A DNA stretch of 64,000 bases. Source: Candidatus Freyarchaeum deiterrae (GTDB taxonomy: Archaea; Asgardarchaeota; Jordiarchaeia; Jordiarchaeales; Jordiarchaeaceae). Under the pieces are notes generated by a model. The model saw only the letters and a program-made list of their open reading frames with translations. It was not told the DNA's origin and did not search any database. Location: assembly GCA_037305845.1 (NCBI GenBank), contig CP147778.1, positions 1,312,001 through 1,376,000 on the forward strand, in the 5' to 3' direction. Positions 29,568 through 41,370 of the stretch are shown in pieces (position 1 is the first letter of the stretch; each line of letters begins with the position of its first letter). The position numbers and the translations under genes were made by a program.

Positions 29568-30843
29568 TCCTCACTTTAATCGATTCTGCGTGGGCAGGTA
29601 AACCCTCAAAGTCAGCCATAGTAATTACGGTTTCGGCCAATCCCTTGAGACCGGAATAGGAGCATTCAACCACGCTAATAGTTTTGATGAAGCTTTGAGA
29701 GGATAAGCCTGAGTATGATTTGGCGAACCCTCCAGTGGGTAGAACGTGGTTGGAGCCGGCGGAGTAATCACCCACAGCAACTGGAGAAAATGGGCCTAGA
29801 AATATGGCTCCAGCATTTTTAATTTTTGGTAACAGAGATTTAGGAGACGTTACCTGAATTTCTAGATGCTCAGGAGCATAGGCGTTTGAGAATTCGACTG
29901 CTTTATCCAAATTATCTGCAATCAGAATCCATAGATTTTCTAAAGATTTCGAAAGTATATCTTTACGTGGAAGATTCTCCGAGAGCTGTTTGATGTATTC
30001 CTCAACTTGGAGGGCGAGGTTCTTTGAGGTGGTGATAAGTATTACTTTGGCTTGGGGGTCGTGTTCAGCCTGTGAGAGTAGATCCGCTGCTATAAACTTG
30101 GGGTCTTCCTCATCGTCTGATATTATTAGCAGTTCGCTTGGACCCGCGGGAAGATCTATCTTTACGTCTCTACTAACTAAAATTTTTGCAGCCGTAACGT
30201 ATATGTTTCCTGGACCGAATATTGCTTCCACTTTTGGAATCGTATCTGATCCGTAAGCCATGGATGCTATTGCTTGGGCGCCTCCCACTCGGTAGATATC
30301 TGAAACCCCTGCCTCGTGGCATGCCATGAGAATCGCAGGATTGACTGTTCCGTTTTCTTGAGGGGGTGTGCAGACTATTATCTGTTCTACACCAACCAGT
30401 CTAGCTGGGACGACGGTCATTAAAACCGTTGAAGGGTAGGCTGCCCTGCCGCCGGGTACATAAATTCCGACTCTTTCCAATGGTCTAGTTATCTGAGAAA
30501 CAGTAACTCCTGATTGTGTCTTACAGGAGAATTCGTTTATCTGCTTCTCGTGGAATTTTTTAATATTATTTATGGATTTCTTGATGGCTTTGAGCAATTT
30601 TTCTGATACTTTTTGGTAAGCAGAATTAATCTCTTCTTCGGAAACTCTGAGCTTTTCTTTTGAAAGAGTTACGCCATCAAATTTTGAGGTGTAATCGATA
30701 ACCGCTTCTTCTTTTCTTCGCTTTACATCTTCCACTATACCTTGTACAGTTGGAAATATTTTCTCTAGGTCTAAATCATAGCGGCGGATTATTGTTTCCT
30801 TTTCATTACTAGTAAGCGAATCCAAATCTCTTATTTTCATCAT
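29551..30843 (-). CDS. hisD: Histidinol dehydrogenase
   Basis: YVPGG.A.YPSTVLM, GGAQA, GPGN.YV, AGPSE, QAEHD, APEHL, GSNHVLPT. Confidence 0.97.
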   Translation of the reverse strand: MMKIRDLDSLTSNEKETIIRRYDLDLEKIFPTVQGIVEDVKRRKEEAVIDYTSKFDGVTLSKEKLRVSEEEINSAYQKVSEKLLKAIKKSINNIKKFHEKQINEFSCKTQSGVTVSQITRPLERVGIYVPGGRAAYPSTVLMTVVPARLVGVEQIIVCTPPQENGTVNPAILMACHEAGVSDIYRVGGAQAIASMAYGSDTIPKVEAIFGPGNIYVTAAKILVSRDVKIDLPAGPSELLIISDDEEDPKFIAADLLSQAEHDPQAKVILITTSKNLALQVEEYIKQLSENLPRKDILSKSLENLWILIADNLDKAVEFSNAYAPEHLEIQVTSPKSLLPKIKNAGAIFLGPFSPVAVGDYSAGSNHVLPTGGFAKSYSGLSSQSFIKTISVVECSYSGLKGLAETVITMADFEGLPAHAESIKVRIANEK

Positions 30844-30951
30844 TTAAAGCACCAACCGTTCAATTCTCCCTCTAACTTATTGACTCGGAAATAATTTAAC
30901 ACATAAACTCAAAAAACGTTCCCAATTCAAAAAGAAGAAAAGATTAACCTT

Positions 30952-32268
30952 TCAAACTAAATATCGCTTTCGCCTCTCGAAATATTTTACTAGATCTATA
31001 CGGTTTAGCAGTTTTTGTGTAGAGTTCCTCATATCTTTAACTAACACTCCTTCCTGTTTGTATTCTGTTTCTCCAGCAATAATCACGTAGCGTATTCCCT
31101 TCTTATTTGCATAATCCAATCCTTTTTGTAGCTTCCTTTCCATGATGTCTGTTTCTACGGGCAAGTCTATTTCTCTTAAATCCATTGCTATGTTTATTGC
31201 TTCTTTTTTGCTTTCTCGGTCTGTGTATGATACAAATATTTGAGGCCTCTTTTTTAAACCGAAGTCGAATTTTCGTTTTTCTAACGCTAGATGACAGCGA
31301 TCCACACCTATAGCAAACCCAGTCGCCGGAATGGCTCCCCCGCCAAACTGTTCCACTAATTCATCATAACGTCCACCGCCTCCAAGCGCTATTCCCAGAT
31401 CTGGAATAAAACCCTCAAAAACTGCCCCAGTATAATAGTCAATTCCACGAACTATACCCAAGTCCAATGTAACGTGGTCAAAATATAGACCGTACAGGTC
31501 GAGAATTTTAATTATATCGGATATATTATCTATACAGTTCTTAACCTTCTCGCTTTGAACCATATTACGAATCTTATTTATGTCTTCAAGATATCCATGA
31601 AGTTTTGGAAGTGTCCGGAAAACTTCCTTCATACTAGCACTCAGCTCAACCTCACTTAATGCTGCTTCTAATCCCGTTTCGTCTTTCTTGTCGATACTCC
31701 GTCGAATAGCAGCTGCTTCTGTTAGAGAAATGCCTGCCTCTTCAACGATAGCTTTGAAGAGACCCACATGACCTAGCCTCACTCTAACCTCGTTTAGTCC
31801 AATGCGTTTAAGAGTGTTGATAAACATAGCTATCACCTCCGCATCGGCATCGGGTAGACTACTCCCATACAACTCGACGCCAGCTTGCCAAAATTCTCTC
31901 TGACGACCAGATTGAGGTTCTTCATACCGAAACATTGGGGATAAATAATACATTTTCATTGGAAGAAGATGATTCTTAAGCTGAGTGGCTACCATACGAG
32001 CAACGGGACTAGTCATTTCAGCTCTTAACGCTAACTCACGCCCACTCTTATCCTCAAAACGAAACATACTCTCCCGCAGCTCTGAACCAGTACCCGTGGA
32101 AAGAGAATCAAAGTACTCGAAGGTGGGAGTTCGGATCTCTTTAAAGCCCCAAAGCTCAAAATTCCTTCGTATTTCATTCTCTATAAAGCTCCTTTTTTCC
32201 AAATATTCGAAGTAATAGTCTCGAGTTCCTTTAGGAGTTTGAGTCTCTTTAGGAGTTTTAGTCTTGAT
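30952..32268 (-). CDS. hisS: Histidyl-tRNA synthetase (start uncertain, see findings)
   Basis: TP.FE, LRAEMT, FRYEEPQSGRQREFWQ, RGIDYYTG, GGGRYD, GFAIGVDR, plus a C-terminal anticodon-binding domain (hence HisRS rather than HisZ). The frame stays open upstream through QTPKGTRDY. Confidence 0.85.
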   Translation of the reverse strand: MKTKTPKETQTPKGTRDYYFEYLEKRSFIENEIRRNFELWGFKEIRTPTFEYFDSLSTGTGSELRESMFRFEDKSGRELALRAEMTSPVARMVATQLKNHLLPMKMYYLSPMFRYEEPQSGRQREFWQAGVELYGSSLPDADAEVIAMFINTLKRIGLNEVRVRLGHVGLFKAIVEEAGISLTEAAAIRRSIDKKDETGLEAALSEVELSASMKEVFRTLPKLHGYLEDINKIRNMVQSEKVKNCIDNISDIIKILDLYGLYFDHVTLDLGIVRGIDYYTGAVFEGFIPDLGIALGGGGRYDELVEQFGGGAIPATGFAIGVDRCHLALEKRKFDFGLKKRPQIFVSYTDRESKKEAINIAMDLREIDLPVETDIMERKLQKGLDYANKKGIRYVIIAGETEYKQEGVLVKDMRNSTQKLLNRIDLVKYFERRKRYLV

Positions 32269-32477
32269 GAACTGAGTCCCTTCTCATATTTTTGTCCTCC
32301 AAAAAACTATTTTTTACATCGTTGGCTGGAAGAGATAAAATCCAAAATCAAGTAGCAAAAAGTCTTAGCGAATGTGGAAACAGTCAGCTCCAGCCACCGT
32401 ATTACACCTTAGATAGATTTATTGCTTTAATCCAACGACCGAAGTCGTTTGGTTCTAGAGTTCCTCTAAAACGAGAC

Positions 32478-32497
32478 ATGATATAAAGGTTTTGGGA
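32478..32497 (-). promoter_or_regulatory. Probable BRE-TATA promoter of the his operon
   Basis: The minus strand reads CCCAAAACC-TTTATAT about 195 nt upstream of the first ATG. Confidence 0.5.
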
Positions 32498-33029
32498 CAA
32501 AATTCATGTCCTTTTTTATTTGGGATTTTTCGCCGCTGGGAGTTAGGATGCCTTCTGGCAGAGCCTGCTTGCAGTGCTCTTGCCGCTGCCTGGTGTCGAA
32601 GGACGGTGAGTTTTAACCCTCACACACGGGATTAGAGGATGCACGTACAAGGGAGCATTTAAACCCATCGACCAAACCATGCACTCACAAGGGTGACCGG
32701 GCGTTAGCTTGTAACGTAGATGAGGTTTTCAAAGCTCTTCTTCCGTTTTTCGGGGTATTTTTCCATTTTTGAAAGCAATAATTGTTTAAATTATGAGGCA
32801 GAACCGGGCTTCTCGAGATTAACGTTACAAGCTGGCGTGGAGAACAAGAACCAGAAATTCAAACCGGCTGGCGGAGCATCTGTAAAAGGGGCGAGTCAAA
32901 AGTACGTCCCAAGGACAGATTTTTACGTTTAAACGGCAGTTTCATCCCAATCAGGCTTAAAATAGGTTAACGCCGAAAAAGAGTTAGTGAGCAAAGTAAA
33001 ACGGAAAAGAAAAACTTGGTGCATGAGCA

Positions 33030-34235
33030 GTGTTAGGGACAACGGTGATCAGAACGGAGCGGATCCACCTCAAGCCCAGCGGCACCCTAAGTAGGCTCTG
33101 CCGTCACTCCAAGAACCTGTACAATGAGGCAAACTACATCGTCAGACAAAACCTACTCAAGACTGGAAAATGGGTCCGGTACAACGAACTCGCGGGGATG
33201 CTTAAGGATTCCGAGAACTACAAAGCTCTCCCTGCGCAAACCGCGCAGCAGACCCTAAGGGTTTTGGATAGGAGTTGGAAATCCTTCTTCCGTGCCGTAA
33301 AGGAGTGGAAAAGGCACCCCGAAAAATACTTCAACCGACCCAAAATTCCTGGGTATAAAGAAAAGAATGGAGAGTTTCTTCTGGTTTTCACCAACCAGCA
33401 GTGCCGAATAATAGACCGGGAGATTCGGTTCCCTGAAAGGGTGGGTCTTAGGGTTGTAACGAGGCTGGGTGAAGAAAAAGTAGATCTGAGGGAAGTCCGG
33501 ATTGTGCCTATTGGTGTGGGCTATGCTCTGGAAGTGGTTTACCACAAAATTGTGGAAACAGTAAGATTGGACGAAAGCCGGATTGCTGGTATTGATTTAG
33601 GGTTGAGGAACATCGCAACCATTGTAAACAACATCGGGGAGAAGCCGATTGCTGTTAAGGGCGGTGTGGTGAAATCCATAAATCAGTACTACAACCGGGA
33701 GAGAGCCAGGCTGCAGAGCATCTACGACCGGCAGGGGATTAGAGCAGACTCCAAGCTACGAAGGCTAACGGAGAAGAGAAACCGGAAGATAAACGACATG
33801 TTCCACAAGTTGAGCCGTGAAATTGTAGACTGGTGTGTTAAACATTATGTTGGCGTGATAGTGCTTGGCCATAACCGTAACTGGAAGCAGAACTCTAATC
33901 TTGGAAGGAGGAACAATCAGAACTTCGTTCAGATACCCTTCAACAAGCTGATAAGTCAGATCCAGTACAAGGCGGGAGAAGTCGGAATAACGGTGATAGA
34001 GCAGGAGGAGGACCACACCTCAAAATGCAGCTTCTTGGATGGCGAACCGGTGCAGCACTTCGACAAATACGCTGGCAATAGGACGAGTAGGGGGTTGTTC
34101 CGGAGTTCAAAGGGGATAATTATTAATGCGGATGTGAACGCCGCATACAACATTGTGAGGAAGGCATTCCCGGACGCTTTTGCAGACGGGATAGAGGGTG
34201 TTGGGCTTCACCCAGTTAGAATGGATTTATTCTAA
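33030..34235 (+). CDS. tnpB: TnpB RNA-guided endonuclease (IS200/IS605 family OrfB), no tnpA alongside
   Basis: KNLYNEANY, AGIDLGLRN (RuvC-I), SINQYYN, EEDHTSKCS, RGLFRSS, INADVNAAYNI (RuvC-III), GVGLHPVR tail. Confidence 0.92.
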   Translation: MLGTTVIRTERIHLKPSGTLSRLCRHSKNLYNEANYIVRQNLLKTGKWVRYNELAGMLKDSENYKALPAQTAQQTLRVLDRSWKSFFRAVKEWKRHPEKYFNRPKIPGYKEKNGEFLLVFTNQQCRIIDREIRFPERVGLRVVTRLGEEKVDLREVRIVPIGVGYALEVVYHKIVETVRLDESRIAGIDLGLRNIATIVNNIGEKPIAVKGGVVKSINQYYNRERARLQSIYDRQGIRADSKLRRLTEKRNRKINDMFHKLSREIVDWCVKHYVGVIVLGHNRNWKQNSNLGRRNNQNFVQIPFNKLISQIQYKAGEVGITVIEQEEDHTSKCSFLDGEPVQHFDKYAGNRTSRGLFRSSKGIIINADVNAAYNIVRKAFPDAFADGIEGVGLHPVRMDLF

Positions 34236-34260
34236 CAAAGGACTTCCAAGAAGGAGTAAC
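34150..34260 (+). ncRNA. Probable omegaRNA/reRNA scaffold overlapping the tnpB 3' end (5' limit approximate)
   Basis: Hairpins GTTAGAAT-N6-ATTCTAAC (34215-34236) and ACTTC-N6-GGAGT end at TAAC 34260. The position matches known TnpB guide-RNA loci. Confidence 0.5.
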
Positions 34261-34419
34261 TAGTTTTGTCCCAAGCCTAAACTTTCTGGTACGTGTTTTA
34301 AGGATTGTATTGAAATTTAAGCGCTTAGAAAGTTTAAAAGCATAGAATTGGATAAAAGTTACTTGGACAAGGCAAAATCCAAGTATTATTTAATATTTAT
34401 ATGGGTGCGCGTATTATAT

Positions 34420-34791
34420 ATGGAAGAGTACACTCGGCTCGCGGAATTTTATGGTACTAAGTTTAGTGATAGATTCAGGGAAGTCTACTGTAAGATAATT
34501 GAGCAAAAATTGAAAAAAAGGCTAGAAGATTTTCATAGAGATTTTGAGCATGGTATTAGAGTGAAATTTCCTACCCTCATTTACATAGTAAACTACCTGC
34601 TAGACCATAATAACTGCGATAAATTTGAGATGCGAGACTGGGTCGCGAGCAAAATGATAGAGGAAATCGAATTTGTAACAGACACCTCACTAGGTTTGAT
34701 TAAAAGCTACACAACTACTATAAACGCTCTCAAAAGGTATAAAATAATTAAAATGAGGGGAAAGGAAGTAAAACTTTTAGTTGATCACTAG
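34420..34791 (+). CDS. Hypothetical protein, possible C-terminal winged helix
   Basis: Open frame with a likely ATG at 34420. The ending TTINALKRYKIIKMRGKEVKL resembles a wHTH wing. Confidence 0.5.
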   Translation: MEEYTRLAEFYGTKFSDRFREVYCKIIEQKLKKRLEDFHRDFEHGIRVKFPTLIYIVNYLLDHNNCDKFEMRDWVASKMIEEIEFVTDTSLGLIKSYTTTINALKRYKIIKMRGKEVKLLVDH

Positions 34792-34957
34792 CTCACTTCC
34801 CAAAAATTTCTATAAAAACAAAAATCACAAATATTCTCTTATAACAAATTGAGTAGATTTAATAGTACTCCGGACTTTTCTAACCCGCCCAATAATGCAT
34901 ACTTTTGTTAGCCGAGTTTAGATTTCAAAAAGGAGAATAAGTTTTTAATAAAAAAAT

Positions 34958-35440
<483 letters not shown>

Positions 35441-35786
35441 TTATACTCTGAGCGAGGAAACCAAATCGAAAAAATTCCATCTGTCAGAGCTATAATAAAA
35501 ATGGCGTAGACGGAATATTTAAAATTATTCAACAATGCAACCCACATTTTTTATTAAAACTCAGTTTTTCTGCATATTAACATAAATAATAAAAAATATC
35601 ATTCATTTTAAAGAAAGCATCGAATAATACAATAACCCAAAAAAAGGCAACTGAACGAATCTGCACTCAGCATCAAAACATTCATTTCGAGAAATAGCGA
35701 AAATGGAAGATGTAAAGTTTAAATAGACTAGCGCTTAAAGGAATTGTTTAATCCAAACTCACTTGACTAAAACAGGGTGATAAAAA

Positions 35787-36353
35787 TTGCCGGGTGCACT
35801 AAGCGTAAAGTACGATTTCATCGAAATAGGAATAAAACTAGAGCTATGGGGAACATTAGCAACTTGTCTAGGAATCGTAGGCATCACCACCGAAATTCTA
35901 ACCAGAATGATTTTCACACCCATGCCCCCCACCTACCCCGACTATATAAGAATATTCATCATCCTCGGCGCAAGCCTGATAATAACAGGAATTATAATAA
36001 ACTACCTTACTTCCAGATGGATGAAAAAAGAAACCCAAAAAGAACAAAAACAGAACAAAAAACCCCAAAAATTGGAAGAACTTCAAAAAAACCTTAAGGA
36101 CCACACGGAACACTTCGGATACCGGCTACAAAAAGGTGCAATATCATTCTTCAGCGTAGGAATACTAACATTCGCCTATGCCTTGATAGCAGTTAACAAC
36201 ATACTCAGAAGATACATCAGCTATAACGTATACGGCGATTACGACATATTCATGTCACTAATAATAGCAACAGCCTGCTTCGCCACAGCAGCAGTCCTGC
36301 TAGTATACGGAGAATACTGGATAAACAGAGCCAAAAAAACCCAAACAACCTAA
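35787..36353 (+). CDS. Hypothetical membrane protein (about 4 TM helices)
   Basis: Two hydrophobic hairpins separated by a charged loop. Confidence 0.55.
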   Translation: MPGALSVKYDFIEIGIKLELWGTLATCLGIVGITTEILTRMIFTPMPPTYPDYIRIFIILGASLIITGIIINYLTSRWMKKETQKEQKQNKKPQKLEELQKNLKDHTEHFGYRLQKGAISFFSVGILTFAYALIAVNNILRRYISYNVYGDYDIFMSLIIATACFATAAVLLVYGEYWINRAKKTQTT

Positions 36354-36444
36354 AAACAACACATTAAAAAACAACTACTTTTTTGCATTACTCTTTATTC
36401 CAAAAAAAAGTTAAAAAAGATGAGGGGGCTAGTGAGAGATTGTC

Positions 36445-38691
<2,247 letters not shown>

Positions 38692-38719
38692 TTAGATCCT
38701 CCAAATATAATAACTATTA

Positions 38720-39130
38720 TTACCTTTCATTCATTTCTTTTATTAGTGTTTGCAGGCGTTTTAATAATCCGAATTCTTCGTCCATGAAGGATAGTAGGTT
38801 GGATATGGATTCTGTAAAGTATCCTAGCATTTCTTGGAATAGTTTGTCGCCAGAGTTTGTTAAGTAGTAGACATGTCTTTCTGGTCCTCTCTCTCCTTCG
38901 GGATGGAAAGATTCGCTTCTTATCCATCCGTCCACCTGTAAGCGTTTAAGAAGTGGATATATGGTTCCGGGTTTGAGTTCAATTTTTCCGTCGCTTATTG
39001 TATGCATTCTTTTTGAGATTTCTGCTCCGTGCATTGATTCGGTCTTTAGTAATGCGAGCACAATTAGCTCCAGTGTTCCTCGGTTAAGTTCTCTTGTCCA
39101 GAATTGTAATTTCTTTTGAAGTTCATCCAT
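38720..39130 (-). CDS. PadR family transcriptional regulator
   Basis: RGTLELIVL, HGAEI, GTIYPLLKRL..DG.I, R..Y.LT..G. Confidence 0.9.
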   Translation of the reverse strand: MDELQKKLQFWTRELNRGTLELIVLALLKTESMHGAEISKRMHTISDGKIELKPGTIYPLLKRLQVDGWIRSESFHPEGERGPERHVYYLTNSGDKLFQEMLGYFTESISNLLSFMDEEFGLLKRLQTLIKEMNER

Positions 39131-39177
39131 ATTTTAGCCTGCCAAGATTTTTGTTAGTAGATTATTGTTATGTGCTG

Positions 39178-39217
39178 CAATATATAGCATGACTATGCAT
39201 TGAGCGGCGTTATATAA
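39178..39217 (-). promoter_or_regulatory. TATA box with a downstream imperfect palindrome, candidate PadR operator
   Basis: CAATATATAG-N5-CTATGCATTG at 39178-39202 lies next to TTATATAA at 39210-39217, upstream of padR-cdc48. Confidence 0.55.
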
Positions 39218-39368
39218 GTTTTGTGGAAAAACTGTCAGGTTATAATCGTAATTGTTATACGCAAAAACTATTTAGCATTGCGAGAGAATAATTATGGTTA
39301 TATGTAGATAGAAAAACAGATAGCAACAAGCCAGTTAACTAACTAAAACTTTTTATTATTTTAAATAT

Positions 39369-40358
39369 TTGAGCCAGAGCGAGAGATCTTCCGGTGGTTT
39401 GATGGCCAAGGGTAAGAATTTGGAAACTGCTATTAGGGATGCAGAGAAAAATTATTCTGTGGGTAGAATTCTTGATGCGGCCAGGGACTTTCAAACAATT
39501 TCTATTGTTTTTGGGGGGATGAAGGATTATTCATCCGCAGCTAGATTTGCTGCCAAGTCTGGTGATTGTTGGGTTGAGAACAGTGATCCATTAAAAGCGG
39601 CTGGTTTATACGAAAGTACTGCGCAGTACTTTGAACTTCTTAATGATAATGAGAAACATCAACTTTATTATAGGAAAGCTTTGGTTCAGTGTATTCTCGC
39701 GGATAGAAAGGGGGAGAAAACAGGAAAGGTGGCTCTGGCGCGTAATTTGAGAAGAGCCGCGATTTGCCAGTGTAAAATTGATGAGAATATTACGGTTTCG
39801 CAGTATTACCGTAGAGCTGCGGAGCTCTTCATGTCTGCAGCAAAGGACAATCAGGAGAAGGGACTATTTGATGAGGGATTTGACCTTTACAGGTCAGCCG
39901 CAGAGTGTTATTCCCAAATTAGAGATTATTCATCAGAGACTCTTAGCCTGATAGAGGCGTTAATATGTTTGAATAAAATTTTTGAAAACTATTTGCCCAA
40001 TCGTGAGGAGGAAGATTACAAGGAAATTATAAATAGAGAATTGAATAGATTCAATAACACTATTGAGGATTTGTTGAAAGATCTGGAGTTAGTTGATCGG
40101 TTGGATGGTGAGATTCTGGAACGTTTAATGCTTTCACTAGTAATGAGTTTAAATGTCACTATTACACTGGGGAATGGAAATGTGGAGATAGCACGATTGT
40201 TAGAAGGAATTGGAAGAGTAGTTAGAGAGAAGGGTGAAAGCAAGAGGGGGATAAAAATTTTAGAAGAGATTATTCCAAGTTGCAATTTTAGCAGCAGTCG
40301 GGTGAGAAAAGAAGTTATCAAGAGAATAGAAGAGTTGAAGGAGCAATCTGAGGGCTAA
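39369..40358 (+). CDS. Helical-repeat protein, alpha-SNAP/TPR-like
   Basis: Repeated AA..Y..AA..F/Y helices (SAARFAAKSGDCW, KAAGLYESTAQYF, YYRRAAELF, LYRSAAECY). Confidence 0.6.
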   Translation: MSQSERSSGGLMAKGKNLETAIRDAEKNYSVGRILDAARDFQTISIVFGGMKDYSSAARFAAKSGDCWVENSDPLKAAGLYESTAQYFELLNDNEKHQLYYRKALVQCILADRKGEKTGKVALARNLRRAAICQCKIDENITVSQYYRRAAELFMSAAKDNQEKGLFDEGFDLYRSAAECYSQIRDYSSETLSLIEALICLNKIFENYLPNREEEDYKEIINRELNRFNNTIEDLLKDLELVDRLDGEILERLMLSLVMSLNVTITLGNGNVEIARLLEGIGRVVREKGESKRGIKILEEIIPSCNFSSSRVRKEVIKRIEELKEQSEG

Positions 40359-40581
40359 AATTAGCGAGAATTATTGATTTGTGCGGATATTGATTCGTTT
40401 TTAAAGTGAACTATTATTCTTGGTTATTTTGCTTGGTTTTTGGGGTTTATGTTTTTTTGTATAATGTTGGTTTTCTATTTTTTTATTGTGTGGTTAGATA
40501 GAGTTTAAAAATGTGAGAATAAATGTATTAGTTAAGATTTAGTTTAGTTAGGAATCGATTTTAATTTTATGGTGAATCATA

Positions 40582-41283
40582 ATGCCTCGTAATGGGAAAC
40601 AAGAAAGCATTTCGATTGCCGAGGCTGCGAGACTGATTGTGAGTAGTAAGCCGTCTATAATCGATGGTTTGCGTCAGGGAGTGATTAATTTTTCGGCACT
40701 AGCGGACATGATTAAGGAGCAAGTGAGGGAAATGGTGGGTAAGGAATCGGTGAATGTTGATTCTATTAAAATGGCTTTAATGCGCTATGCTGAGGAATTA
40801 GAATCGAAGAAGCAGCTATTGGAAAAACAGATTGTGGAAGTTGTTGCCAACAGTATTCTGGAGCTTAAAAACGATGTGGCTGTTTTGACCATTAATCAGA
40901 AGGGATTCATTGTCCGCATCGATCAAATTTTCAAATCTCTTAACTCTTTTCGCTTCCTTCAGTTGACCCAGGGAACAGAAACCTTTACAGTAGTATCGGA
41001 TCTGCAGAGTAAAGCAAAAATTGTAGAAGTTGTGGGTGAATCGAACATAGTTTTGAGGATCGAAGATCAGTCTGCAATTGTGATTATAAGCCCCAAACAG
41101 ATTTTTGAGGTCCCTGGAGTTATTGCTTACATTACAGACTTGCTATCTACTAATGGTATAAATATTACACAAATCATTTCCTGTTACACTGATACCTTGT
41201 TGATAGTTGATAGGAAGGATGCTTTGAAGGCTTACCAAATGCTTGAAAACAAGATACTTTCCCTGCGTAAAATTTTGAAATAG
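40582..41283 (+). CDS. ACT domain-containing protein (archaeal family with INFSALA N-terminal domain)
   Basis: GVINFSALA, IKMALMRY, and C-terminal PGVIAYITDLLSTNGINI.QIISCYTD. Confidence 0.8.
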   Translation: MPRNGKQESISIAEAARLIVSSKPSIIDGLRQGVINFSALADMIKEQVREMVGKESVNVDSIKMALMRYAEELESKKQLLEKQIVEVVANSILELKNDVAVLTINQKGFIVRIDQIFKSLNSFRFLQLTQGTETFTVVSDLQSKAKIVEVVGESNIVLRIEDQSAIVIISPKQIFEVPGVIAYITDLLSTNGINITQIISCYTDTLLIVDRKDALKAYQMLENKILSLRKILK

Positions 41284-41370
41284 GGTGTCATGAGATAAAA
41301 ATTATTTGTATGAAGAAAAATTTTTAGAGGCTTTTGCGGTCAAGTTTTTTGAAGATTCATGGCGATAGCT

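Larger units (their letters stand above)
32488..34277. mobile_element. Non-autonomous element with terminal inverted repeats and a TAAA target-site duplication, carrying tnpB
   Basis: GGTTTTGGGACAAAA at 32488-32502 and TTTTGTCCCAAGCC at 34264-34277; TAAA at 32484-32487 and 34278-34281; interior is visibly more GC-rich than the flanks. Confidence 0.6.

Noticed and set aside
30952-32268. hisZ call based on operon position
   Set aside because: The anticodon-binding domain and the motif 2/3 residues of HisRS are intact.
32422-32456. The hairpin could be an IS200/IS605 right-end remnant
   Set aside because: It resembles such ends but has no clear TCAA/TCAC terminus or partner end. I treated it as part of the his leader, though this is not excluded.
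32520-32640. Possible transposase C-terminal remnant near the left TIR
   Set aside because: No frame gives a recognisable DDE or Y1 motif by eye; it needs a translated search.
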